From positions 553,244 through 617,243 of the forward strand of contig CBDBMH010000001.1 of the NCBI GenBank assembly GCA_965207275.1: DNA of 64,000 nt. The letters run 5' to 3'. Made by a program: the position numbers and the translations under genes. The notes under the pieces were generated by a model, which did not search any database, was not told where the DNA came from, and saw nothing but the letters and a program-made list of their open reading frames with translations. The stretch is from Dehalococcoidia bacterium. GTDB lineage: Bacteria > Chloroflexota > Dehalococcoidia > Lucifugimonadales > UBA3495. Shown here in pieces: positions 27,979-37,400 of this stretch; the first letter of the stretch is position 1; each line of letters opens with the position of its first letter.

Positions 27979-27982
27979 GCCC

Positions 27983-28251
27983 CGGCCTTCAACGTCTTCC
28001 GGGACGGGCGGACCTGCCCCGGAAGCCACCGCTTCCCCGAGGAGGTGGGACTGATACCTGAGTCCTTCTTCCAGTCCTTCTTCTCCCTTACCGGAGACAC
28101 GAACGACCGGTCGAAGACGCACCCTGAGAATCTGCAAGCCTTATGGGAGGAACTCGATGGACAGACTGACTACCCGGTTGAGGACCTGGTTCCCCAGTGC
28201 ACCGTGGGGCAGGTCATCGCCGCCTGCGAAGGAAGGCGGGGCTACCGCTAG
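27983..28251 (+). pseudogene. PRTRC protein B-like gene, 3' fragment
   Basis: Continues ...(RAP)AFNVFRDGRTCPGSHRFPEEVG... to a TAG at 28249-28251, in frame with the 5' fragment after IS removal. Confidence 0.7.
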
Positions 28252-28891
28252 CGCGGCGCCCAACGCTGGCAATGCCGCGAGGCCGGTGGGCTACCTGGTG
28301 AACCATCCTGCCGGTCTCGGCGGTTTCCACGGCGTGGGGTACGACTACGTTCTCGGGTCGGGCGGCCTCTACGTCCAGTCCGAGAGCGCCCACCTTACGG
28401 TGCGGGTCCTGGTCGCTCCTTGCGAAGTGCGGGGACTGGCTCCCGTAACCGAGAAGTTGACTCTCACCCACGGCCCCATTCCGGCCCATGTCTTCGAGCT
28501 GGGGCTGGCCTGGATGCTGGCCGCGCCGGGCACCGAGCGGTTCTTCGCGGTGCGCTGGGACGGCGACCTCTACCGGCTGGTCGTGCCCCCGCAGGAGGGT
28601 ACGGCTTCGTCCCTCTCCTACCAGCCTCCCGCCGGGGTGGTCGCCGAGTTTCACTCCCACGGGCGCCACCGCGCCTTCTTCTCCGCCACCGACGACCGGG
28701 ATGAGCAGGGCTTCCGAATCTACGGCGTCGTGGGCCGCCTGGACAAGCCTGAACCGGAGCTAACCCTGCGAGTGGGCGTCTACGGCCACTTCGCGCCGCT
28801 GCGCTGGCGGCAGGTCTTTGGAGGACTGCCCCCCGGCCTGAGGCCGGCGGGCGAGGAGCCGGAGGCGACACCAAGCTACCCACTCATATAA
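28157..28891 (+). CDS. PRTRC protein A-like JAB/MPN metallopeptidase
   Basis: JAMM motif AEFHSHGRHRAFFSATDDRDE. The start is uncertain. The maximal ORF overlaps the protein B 3' end, and a GTG at 28286 is an alternative. Confidence 0.7.
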   Translation: MDRLTTRLRTWFPSAPWGRSSPPAKEGGATASAAPNAGNAARPVGYLVNHPAGLGGFHGVGYDYVLGSGGLYVQSESAHLTVRVLVAPCEVRGLAPVTEKLTLTHGPIPAHVFELGLAWMLAAPGTERFFAVRWDGDLYRLVVPPQEGTASSLSYQPPAGVVAEFHSHGRHRAFFSATDDRDEQGFRIYGVVGRLDKPEPELTLRVGVYGHFAPLRWRQVFGGLPPGLRPAGEEPEATPSYPLI

Positions 28892-28906
28892 GGAGGTAAC
28901 ACCACC

Positions 28907-29707
28907 ATGCCCTACTACCTGACCAACGAGTTCCTGCTGGACAACCCCTGGATCACCGTGGTGGGCTGCGGCGGCACCGGCGGCTTCGTCGCCGAAGGCC
29001 TCTGCCGCCTCTTCCAGGGCCGCGACGCCACCATCGTCCTGGTGGACCACGACCGGGTGGAACCCCACAACCTGCTGCTCCAGAATTTCTACGCCGAGGA
29101 CGTGGGCCGCTTCAAGAGCCAGGCCCTGGCCGACCGGCTGTCCCAAGCCTACCACCGGCCCGTGGGCTACTCGGTCTATCCCTTCCGGGGGGAAGATCCC
29201 CTGGCTGACGGCCAACGCTACCCCGGGCTCTCCTTCCACGACGGCCTGATCATCGGCTGCGCCGACAACGCCGCCGCCCGGCGCGCCATGGCCGAGTGCC
29301 TGCCCGGAGACCCCTGCCGCTGGCTCATCGACGCGGGCAACGACACCAACTGGGGTCAGGTATTGATTGGCAACGTGGCCCAGCGGATGCGCCTGGAGGA
29401 ACCGCCCTTCACCGGCGACACCTGCCTGCTGGCCCCGGCGCCGACGCTGCAACGCCCCGACCTTCTGACGGCGGTCTCCACCAGGCCACCGGACGTGGAC
29501 TGCGCGGCGGCCCTGGACCTCACCGACCAGGACCCGACCATCAACCAGATGATGGCCTCGCTGGTGTTGCAGGTGGTGCGCCGCATGGTGGCCGGGACCT
29601 GTCCCTTCCTGGCCCTCTACCTGGACATGGACCAGGGGACGGTGACCCCCAGCTACGTCACGCCGGAGACGGTGACACGGCTGATAGGCCGGACTGACGC
29701 CGGGTGA
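28907..29707 (+). CDS. ThiF/MoeB/E1-like adenylyltransferase of the PRTRC cassette (266 aa)
   Basis: Rossmann motif ITVVGCGGTGGFVAEGL, then VLVDHDRVEPHNLLLQNF and CADNAAARRA. AAGGAGG SD. Confidence 0.85.
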   Translation: MPYYLTNEFLLDNPWITVVGCGGTGGFVAEGLCRLFQGRDATIVLVDHDRVEPHNLLLQNFYAEDVGRFKSQALADRLSQAYHRPVGYSVYPFRGEDPLADGQRYPGLSFHDGLIIGCADNAAARRAMAECLPGDPCRWLIDAGNDTNWGQVLIGNVAQRMRLEEPPFTGDTCLLAPAPTLQRPDLLTAVSTRPPDVDCAAALDLTDQDPTINQMMASLVLQVVRRMVAGTCPFLALYLDMDQGTVTPSYVTPETVTRLIGRTDAG

Positions 29708-29754
29708 ACGGCGCAAACCAACATTCGCACAGCACCGACAAGGAGAATGAAACC

Positions 29755-30747
29755 ATGCCTGACGAAAAGGAAACCGCCACGACCATGTGGCAGGACCACC
29801 GGAGTGGGAAGCGGGGGCACGAGTTGATGACCAGGAAGCTGGCCGACACCATCCCCGCCCTCTACGCCAACGAGCGCGTGGCCGACTACGATACCGTCCT
29901 GGCCCGCGCCAAGCTCTTCAGTCCGTATAGCCAGTGGACCTGGTTCATAACGGAAATGGACCCCGCTACCGGAACCTGCTTCGGCCTGGTGGAAGGGTTG
30001 GAGCAGGAAATCGGCTACTTCGACCTCACCGAGCTGGCCGAGACCACCGTCTTCGGCGGCGTCCCCGCCGTGGAGCGCGACCTGTACTGGGAACCCAGGA
30101 CCCTGGGCGAGATCAAGAACGGCTCTCAGGGGGACTTGGCGCACAAAGCGGGAATCAGAGGGGGAGATACCATGAATGACGATACGGGAACGGAAATCCA
30201 CCCCGTCGACGTGGTGGACGTGGTGAACGTAGAGGAGTTCCTCTTCGGCGGCGTGACTGAGGAAACGGTGGACGAAGCGCCCGCCGAAGTTGCCGGAGAG
30301 CTTCTCGCTGGAGAAGCCACGGACGAGGCGGGCGACCTGGAAATCGCCGAGGAACAGGACGCCGAGGCGGAGACCGCTGCTGACGAACCCGATGATGCGG
30401 ATGATGACGGGAAGCAGCCCGCTCCTGCTGAGACCGAAACCACCGATGAATTGAAGGTGGTGCTGTCCATCAGGGGAGGCCGGGCCATCATCGGGGTACA
30501 GCAGCCCTTGGCGGACCCCCACATCGAGTCCTTCGACAGCCTGGACCTCCTGGGTCTGGCGTTGCAGGTCCCGGGGGTGGTCGAGAGGGCCAGGGACCGG
30601 TGGGAGGAAGCGCCCAAGTACCCGGCCTACGAAAAGCCCGCTCCCCCGGCCCGGCGGCAGCGCCAGCGGCGGCAGGCGCCGGTGGAGGCTGAGGCAGAGC
30701 AGGGAGAGACGGAGCAGGAGCAGCCGGAAACGCTGCGGCTGTTCTAG
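29755..30747 (+). CDS. DUF2958-like N-terminal domain protein with an acidic C-terminal half (330 aa)
   Basis: IPALYANERVADYDTVLARAKLFSPYSQWTWFITEMDPATGTCFGLVEGLEQEIGYFDLTELAE...VERDLYWEPRTLGEI matches the DUF2958 pattern common on conjugative plasmids. GGAGAATGA SD region. Confidence 0.65.
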   Translation: MPDEKETATTMWQDHRSGKRGHELMTRKLADTIPALYANERVADYDTVLARAKLFSPYSQWTWFITEMDPATGTCFGLVEGLEQEIGYFDLTELAETTVFGGVPAVERDLYWEPRTLGEIKNGSQGDLAHKAGIRGGDTMNDDTGTEIHPVDVVDVVNVEEFLFGGVTEETVDEAPAEVAGELLAGEATDEAGDLEIAEEQDAEAETAADEPDDADDDGKQPAPAETETTDELKVVLSIRGGRAIIGVQQPLADPHIESFDSLDLLGLALQVPGVVERARDRWEEAPKYPAYEKPAPPARRQRQRRQAPVEAEAEQGETEQEQPETLRLF

Positions 30748-30894
30748 GGTCGTCCGGGCCGTCCCATCAAGAGGAGGCCCATCGCTGTCGTGGCGGTGGG
30801 CCTCCCATTGATCCATATATGTGCGCCTTTTTTGTTGCTTTGCGATAACTCCAGGAACCAACCGGGGTCGGGCCGTGAGAGCGGGTGCGGGCCG

Positions 30895-31059
30895 CTACCG
30901 GCTCGGAGGATTGTTGCCCCGGCCGCCTCCCGAAGGGTTGCCCGTCGTGCTGGGCCCGTTCGGGGGCCGGCCTCCTCCTCCCTTTCCGCTGCCGCCCTTG
31001 CCGCCGCCACCTTTGCCACCGCCGCCCCGGCCGCCTCGCATCATCGGTACCTTGTTCAT
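30895..31059 (-). CDS. Small Gly/Lys/Arg-rich protein (54 aa)
   Basis: MNKVPMMRGGRGGGGKGGGGKGGSGKGGGGRPPNGPSTTGNPSGGGRGNNPPSR. AAAGGAG sits 7 nt before the ATG. A near-consensus promoter lies about 60 nt upstream. It is antisense to the flanking genes. A low-complexity artefact cannot be excluded. Confidence 0.4.
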   Translation of the reverse strand: MNKVPMMRGGRGGGGKGGGGKGGSGKGGGGRPPNGPSTTGNPSGGGRGNNPPSR

Positions 31060-31121
31060 ATTCAACTCCTTTGCGGCAGAATTTCGCCCACACATCCCGT
31101 CTTCGGATTGCTGGGGGCGGC

Positions 31122-31150
31122 ATTCTATCGGAGACGGCGGGGAATGGCAA
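31122..31150 (-). promoter_or_regulatory. Sigma70-like promoter TTGCCA-17 nt-TAGAAT for the small Gly-rich ORF
   Basis: Minus-strand TTGCCA (31150-31145), a 17-nt spacer, then TAGAAT (31127-31122). Confidence 0.4.
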
Positions 31151-31284
31151 GTCTGGTGTCTATGGCTGGAGGCCGCTCCTTTTGCCTGCATCAAGATGAG
31201 CCGGGCATCCCCGGCCGGTATAATGATGCCGGCGGGGTCATGGCCGTGGCTCCGCCGTTTCGCCCAAGGGCTCGGGGAGAGGAT

Positions 31285-32142
31285 ATGCCAGCAGAGGATA
31301 TTCAGCCAGTGCCGGAGGGCGCCGGTCTCTACGTGGACCTGGAGAACCTGCACGCCGACGCCCAGGTTCTGGTCAAGAGGCTGATCGAAAACTGGCCGGA
31401 CAAGGCGCCGGCCCTGTCCCGCTTGGCGCTCTACGTGCGGGCGGACCAGGTGGAGCTGTGGCGGCTGTGGGTGGCCAGCAGATTCCCGGACCTGGACCTG
31501 GCGGTCAGCGGCACCCAGCATTTCAGCATGTCGGCCACCAAGAACTCGGCGGACATTGCCATCGCAACCCACGCCATGGCCGACCTGGCGCTGGGAAGGG
31601 TTTCCCACGTGGTCGTCTTCAGCGACGACAGCGACTTCATCTCCCTCTACGCCGCGATTCGGGACGAGCCGGAGATTCCATTGCGGGATGGGAAGGTACC
31701 CTTTCTATGGGTGATTACCGACCGGGATGGCTCGGTGTCCGGCACGGTCAGGCAGTTCTTCCCGCCGGAGCAGCTTCACCTGGTCAGCGCCGGCGGAACG
31801 GAACAGGCCGGGCCGTCCAGGAAGGCCGCCTCTGCCACTGCCGGGGAGTCGCCGGCGGCGAAATCGCAGACCGCCGGAACGCCGGAGGAGATGGCCCGGT
31901 TCGTGGTGGAGCGCATCGAGGTGGGGCAGTTCAAGAGCACCGAATGCCAGAAGATTATCAAGGAACGCTGGCCCAAGCATTCCCTGGCATCAGCGGGCGG
32001 CGGGGCCTTTGGCATCGAGTTCAAGAACAACCTCTGGCCGGTTCTGAAAGGGCTGGGAGTCAAAATCCGCAATCCCGGGAAGAAACCGATCAAGTACGAG
32101 ATGACGGAGGAGGCGAAGCTGGCGGTAGGGGAGTCGGGATAG
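31285..32142 (+). CDS. NYN (LabA-like PIN-fold) domain protein with a C-terminal extension (285 aa)
   Basis: Acidic motifs LYVDLENL, TKNSADIAIATHAMAD and VVVFSDDSDF. GGGGAGAGG precedes the ATG at 31285. The upstream part of ORF 30790.. is judged non-coding. Confidence 0.75.
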   Translation: MPAEDIQPVPEGAGLYVDLENLHADAQVLVKRLIENWPDKAPALSRLALYVRADQVELWRLWVASRFPDLDLAVSGTQHFSMSATKNSADIAIATHAMADLALGRVSHVVVFSDDSDFISLYAAIRDEPEIPLRDGKVPFLWVITDRDGSVSGTVRQFFPPEQLHLVSAGGTEQAGPSRKAASATAGESPAAKSQTAGTPEEMARFVVERIEVGQFKSTECQKIIKERWPKHSLASAGGGAFGIEFKNNLWPVLKGLGVKIRNPGKKPIKYEMTEEAKLAVGESG

Positions 32143-32185
32143 CCTACCGGAAAGACCCTGCCCCTGCTGAACTCGCCGGACCCCT

Positions 32186-32213
32186 GGCCGCCCGCCTGTA
32201 TGCGGCCTTTTTG
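32186..32213. terminator. Hairpin plus T5 between the convergent NYN and HTH genes
   Basis: GGCCGC/GCGGCC stem followed by TTTTT. Confidence 0.5.
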
Positions 32214-32251
32214 CCTTTCGGGACCCTTGGGTGTTCCTATGGGATACCGCC

Positions 32252-32497
32252 TCAGCGGGTAAACAGGTGGCCGAGGCCCAGGCCGTCGGCCAGGTCCAGG
32301 AGCGCCAGCATGTGCTCGGCGCTGGGGCGCACTCCCAGGTTCCGCCAGCGCCACAGGGTGTGGGGATAGGTGCCGAGGCGGCGGGCAAGGTCGGCCCAGG
32401 ACAGGCCGGACTCCTGCCGGAACCTCTCCAGCCGCCGGGGGAAGTCCTCTGGAAAGGCGTAGGAAATTCTCCTGTATTCAATGCGCTGTCGCGGCAT
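32252..32497 (-). CDS. Helix-turn-helix regulator (81 aa)
   Basis: SGLSWADLARRLGTYPHTLWRWRNLGVRPSAEHMLALLDLA is HTH-like. Lies downstream of the giant gene on the same strand. Confidence 0.65.
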   Translation of the reverse strand: MPRQRIEYRRISYAFPEDFPRRLERFRQESGLSWADLARRLGTYPHTLWRWRNLGVRPSAEHMLALLDLADGLGLGHLFTR

Positions 32498-32656
32498 CGA
32501 GCCGGTCCTTGGGGACGTGGATCGTCACTCGCCACGCCATGTATGCGGCCTCTTCGCGTTCCGTGGTAAACCTGGGGGACGGCCCGTCCGGCGGCCCCGC
32601 AGCGGGTCACTGCGGAGCCGCTCGCAGCCGCGTCAGGATCTCGGGCCGCCGTCTCG

Positions 32657-34410
32657 CTACTGTTGCCAGTCCACCTTGTGGTTGGAGTCGTGGGCCAGGC
32701 CGGTGTGGGACAGGTCGGCATCGGTGTCGGTGGAGGCCGACTCGATGTCGCCGCCGTTCAGCTCCAGGGTGTTGGCGAGCACCGCGATGCCCTGGGGAGA
32801 GAAGTTCGGCTCAACCACCGTGAAGGTGAAGATGAGGGCCGTGCTGCCGCCGCCGCTGGCGTAGCCCGCCCACTTCTCCCCGTAGCTTGGGTCCATCTTT
32901 ATCTTGAGGCGCGGCGTTCCTCCCGACCTGTCCACGTCCACCGCCTCGTCGAAGGTGACCCGGATGCGGATCACGTCGTCCCTGGCGTAGGTGTCGTCGT
33001 CGCCGGGGTCGGAGACTATCGCTACGGCGGTCACCGCAGGCGGCGTTGCGGCCGCCACGGCGGCGGTGGCAGTGCTGGTCAGCGTTTCCGCGTGGCCGGC
33101 GTCATCGGTGAAGGACACCCGCACCTTGACGGTCTTGCCCTGATCTCCGCTGGCCAGGGTGTAGGCGCTGCCCGTGGCCCCGGATATGTCGGCGTCGGCG
33201 GCAACCCACTGGTAGCTGAAAGTCGCCCCGGTCAGTCCGTCGCTATCGGAGATGCCCGTGGTGTCCGCCGTCAGCGTCTCGCCCACCCGGGCCGTGCCGG
33301 TGATGGCCGGCGCGCCCGTGGCCGGACTGTTCTGCGACTGCTGCTGCTGTTGCCAGTCCACCTTGTGGCCGGAGTCATGGGCCAGGCCGGAGTGGGACAG
33401 GTTGGCGTCGGCGTCCGTGTTTGCCGACTCAATGCCGCCGCCGTTCAACTCCAGGGTGTCGGCCAGCACTGCGATGCCCTGGGATGAATAGTTGGGCTCA
33501 ACCACCGTGAAGGTGAAGATGAGGGCCGTGCTGCCGCCGCCGCTGGCGTAGCTGGCCCACTTGTCTCCGTAGTTGGGGTCCATCTTGATCTTCAGCCTCG
33601 GCGTGCCTCCCGACGTGTCCACGTCCACCGCCTCGTCAAAGGTGACCCGGACCTGGATCACGTCGTCCTTGGCGTAGGTGTCGTCATCGCCGGGGTCGGA
33701 GACTATCGCCACGGCGGTCACCGCAGGCGGCGTTGCGGCCGCCACGGCGGCTGTGGCCGCGCTGGTCAGCGTCTCCGAGTGGCCGGCGTCATCGGTGAAG
33801 GACACCCTCACCCTGACAGCCTTGCCCTGGTCGGCGCTGGCCAGAGTGTAGGTGCTGCCCGTAGCCCCGGATATGTCGGCGCCGGCGGCAACCCACTGGT
33901 AGCTGAAGGTCGCCCCGGTGATTCCGTCGCTGTCGGAGATGCCCGAGGTGTCCGCCGTCAGCGTCTCGCCCACCCGGGCCGTGCCGGTGATGGCCGGCGC
34001 GCCCGTGGCCGGACTGTTCTGCGACTGCTCCTGCTGCTCCCAGTCCACCTTGTGGCCGGAGTCGTGGGCCAGGCCGGTGTGGGACAGGTTGGCGTCCGCG
34101 TCCGTGTTCACCGACTCGATGTCGCCGCCGTTCAGCTCCAGGGTGTTGGCCAGCACGGCGATGCCCTGGGATGAATAGTTGGGCTCAACCACCGTGAAGG
34201 TGAAGATGAGGGCGGTTGCGCCGCTGCCGCTGGCGTAGCTTGCCCACTTCTCCCCGTAGTTGGGGTCCATCTTGAGCTTCAGCCTCGGCGTGCCTCCCGA
34301 CGTGTCCACGTCCACCGCCTCGTCGAAGGTGACCCGGATGCGGATCACGTCGTCCTTGGCGTAGGTGTCGTCAGCGCCTGGGTCGGAGACTGTGGCCACG
34401 GCGGTCACCG
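32657..34410 (-). repeat. About 2.5 tandem copies of a 687-bp (229-aa) coding repeat at the 3' end of the giant gene
   Basis: Protein units AVTAVAIVSDPGDDDTYAKDDVI...HKVDWQQQ...SFTDDAGH.ETLTS..TAAVAAATPP recur. Shadow ORFs 33252.. and 33918.. are nearly identical with a 687-nt offset. Confidence 0.8.
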
Positions 34411-37400
34411 CTGGCGCCGGCGTATTGTTCACCGCCGGCTGGTCGGCGAAGGCCACCGCTACCGGGCTGTCGCCCGGGACGTAGCTCACCGTGACGGTCT
34501 GGCCCGCATGCACCGGCGCCGCCAGGGTAAGAGTGATGGTGTCGCCGGTGGTCACCGGCCTGGCGTCGGCCAAGCTCACCGCCGCGCCGTCGGCCTTCAG
34601 CACGAACTGGTCCGCTGCGGGCCAATCGTAGCTCCAGCCCAGGTCGCCGTCGAACTCCAGCGTCACCGTCGCGCCGTCCACCGTCGCGGTTGACAGCGAC
34701 GGGCAGCCGAAGTCCTCGCGGGTGGTGCGGAAGGTCGCCGTCACCGAGCCGGTGGCGCCGTCAGGATCGGTCGCCGTCATGGTGACCACCGACTCGTAGG
34801 TCTGCGGCAGCGGCGGGTCCAGGGAGGCCAGCGCGCACTCGGTGTTGGCCTTGAAGAAGATGCGCTGGGTGGCGTCGCTGTACAGCAGATCGCCCGGCAC
34901 GTGCACGTCGTCGCGGACGGTGCTCAGCGAGAAGGTCAGCGCGTCGCCGTCGGGGTCCCGGAAGTCGGCCTTGGACGCCACGAGGCTGACCAGCGTGGCG
35001 GACGGCGCGTTCATACTGCCCGGCGCGTCGCCCACGAACATGGGCGCCCGGTTGGCGCCGCCCGGCGGCGACTGCGGCGGCGGCAATTGCCAGTCCACCT
35101 TGTGGTCCGGATCGTGGTCGAGGCCGTCGTGGGACAGGTCGGCGTCCGTCTGCGACGACGCCGAGACAATCGCGCCGCCGTTCAGTTCCAGGGTGTCCGC
35201 CAGCACGGCGATGCCCCGGGTGGACAGGTTGGGCTCCACCACCGGGTGGAAGAACACCAGCTCGTTCGTGGCGCTGCCGCTCTCATAGACCGCCCACTGT
35301 TCGCCCCAGTCCGCCGGGTCCATGTCGATCTTCAGGCGGGGCCGCCCGCCCGTGGTGGCCACATCCATCGCCTTGCTGAAGGTCAGGCGCACGCGGACTG
35401 TCTCGCCCATGGCGTAGGTGTCATCATCCCCAGGGTCCGAGGTAATTGACACGGCGTTCACCGTTGGCGGGTGGCCCACCGTGTTCACCACCGGCATGTC
35501 GATGACGTCGGCTATCTGGTTGCCGTCGATGTTCCACAGCCCCGGGTGGCCCCGCGGCCGCCGGTAGCTGAACGAGATCGTCTCGCCGGCAACAAAGTCG
35601 CGGCTCAGCGACAGCACCAGGCGACTCGCGTCGTCCGGATCAAACGCCGCCGCCGTCACCGTCACCGGTCCGCTCGACGCCTTGACCGTGAACCACTCCG
35701 GCTGCGGCTGGTAGTCGGTGTCGAAGGGGCGCGTGCCGTGCAGGATCAGGCTGCCGATGGTCGGTCTCTCGAATCCCGGCACGCACGTCTCCGTCCCCCC
35801 GTAGGTCACCGCCTGCCCGGAGATGTCGTTGGCCTCGGTGTCCCACAGGTTGCGCAGCCCGCCGCTGGCAGGCTTGGCGTAGCTCACCGTGAAGCTGTCG
35901 GTGCAGGGATACAGCTTTTCGGGCAGGCCCAGTTCCACCTTCTTGCCGCGCACCACGACGCTTTCGGCGGAGAACCACACATGGGAGAACGTGAAGGCCG
36001 AGGCCGCCGGCACGCTGGCCGGGTCCAGCTCCTTGTCGAAGGTCAACGTCAACACACTGCTCTGGTCCGCCGAGCCATCGCCGACGCCGGCCGTGTACAC
36101 CTTCGCCGACGCCACCGCCGGCGCGCCCGTGTCGGTGGGTCCCAGGTTGGTCATTGCCTCGTTCGAGAGGTTCCCCGCGTTGGCGCCGGCCAGGTCCCGG
36201 ACCGGGTTCGTGCCCGGCGCCGTGTAGGACACCGTCACCGCGCTGCTCGCCGCCACCGACGAGGCCAGGGTCAGCGTCACGGCGGTCTCGCTCACCGCGA
36301 CGCTACTGACCGTCACCCCGCTGCCCGCCGCCGTGACCGTGAAGGCGCTCGTAGCGGGCACCGAGCCGGTGTCCAGCGCCTCGTTGTAGTACAACGTGAC
36401 CTTCGTCCCGGCGACCACTGCCGAGTCCAGCGCCGGCGCGCTCGCGGCGGCCACGTTGGCCCAGATGCCGTTAATGTACTCCACCGGCGAACCGGAGGAC
36501 GCTCCCCGCAGCGGGTTCGCGTCGTCGCCCGGCGGGTCGTAGTACACCCGGGGCGTATGGCCCACAGGTACCGCTGAGGCCAGCGGGACCGTGACATGGT
36601 TCCCGTTCACCGTCGCCGTGCCCATGCCCTGAACCTGGGTTGACGTGCCGGTGCCGGCGCCGGTGCCGTTGACGCGGATCAGAGCAGTATTGACGGCGAG
36701 CCATGCCCAGCTCCCATGGCCACGTTCGTAGCTACCGTTTTCTATCGACCAGCCGGGCTCTCCGCCCGTATCTTCCCCGTGATCCGCCGTCATGCTGAGC
36801 GTTCCCGTGTTCGTCGAGTCCACAACCACGTAGTACGTCGTGTTGGCTGCAAGCACCTTGATCGCCGGCGCGGTGAAGGTGAGGTTGCCGGCGGCCAGCG
36901 TCGACGGATTGGTCAGCGTGGCAACCTCTGTCCCCGTATGAGTGTCCTGAAGGACCCTCACCCTCAAATCCGAACCTGGCGCAATGCTGAACTTCACGTC
37001 GACGCTGGTCAGGGTCACCGTGCTTGACCCCGTTGTGAACCCTTGGGCAGCGGTGGTATTCCGAAGAAGATGGCCTCGCGATGGGTCGACTGACTTCCCG
37101 ATGTTCGAGACCAGCACGCCCGCGGTGGGGATGGGGGCCGAACTCTGCACCCGGAACCGGCTTCCCGCCGGGGCCCAGCTCTCGTCCAGGGCCCGGTCGA
37201 AAGTCAGCGTCAGCTTCGCGCCCTCCACCCGCGCCGCGACGGGCACCGGGGGCGGGTCCGCCGCCGGCCGCGCCGCCGTAACGGTGAAGCTCCCCAACTT
37301 GTCCCCGCCGGCATACCGGAGGCGTTGCCCGTCGCCCGACCCTTCCGGGATGTAACTCACCGTCGCTTCCTTGCCGATGGGGACCCCCGAGCCCAGGGTC

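Noticed and set aside
30790-31284. N-terminal 165-aa extension of the NYN ORF, and the 13799..14023 extension of the primase ORF
   Set aside because: Both extensions are low-complexity Pro/Arg/Ala-rich and lack an SD. Internal ATGs at 31285 and 14024 have good SDs and coincide with the start of recognisable domains.
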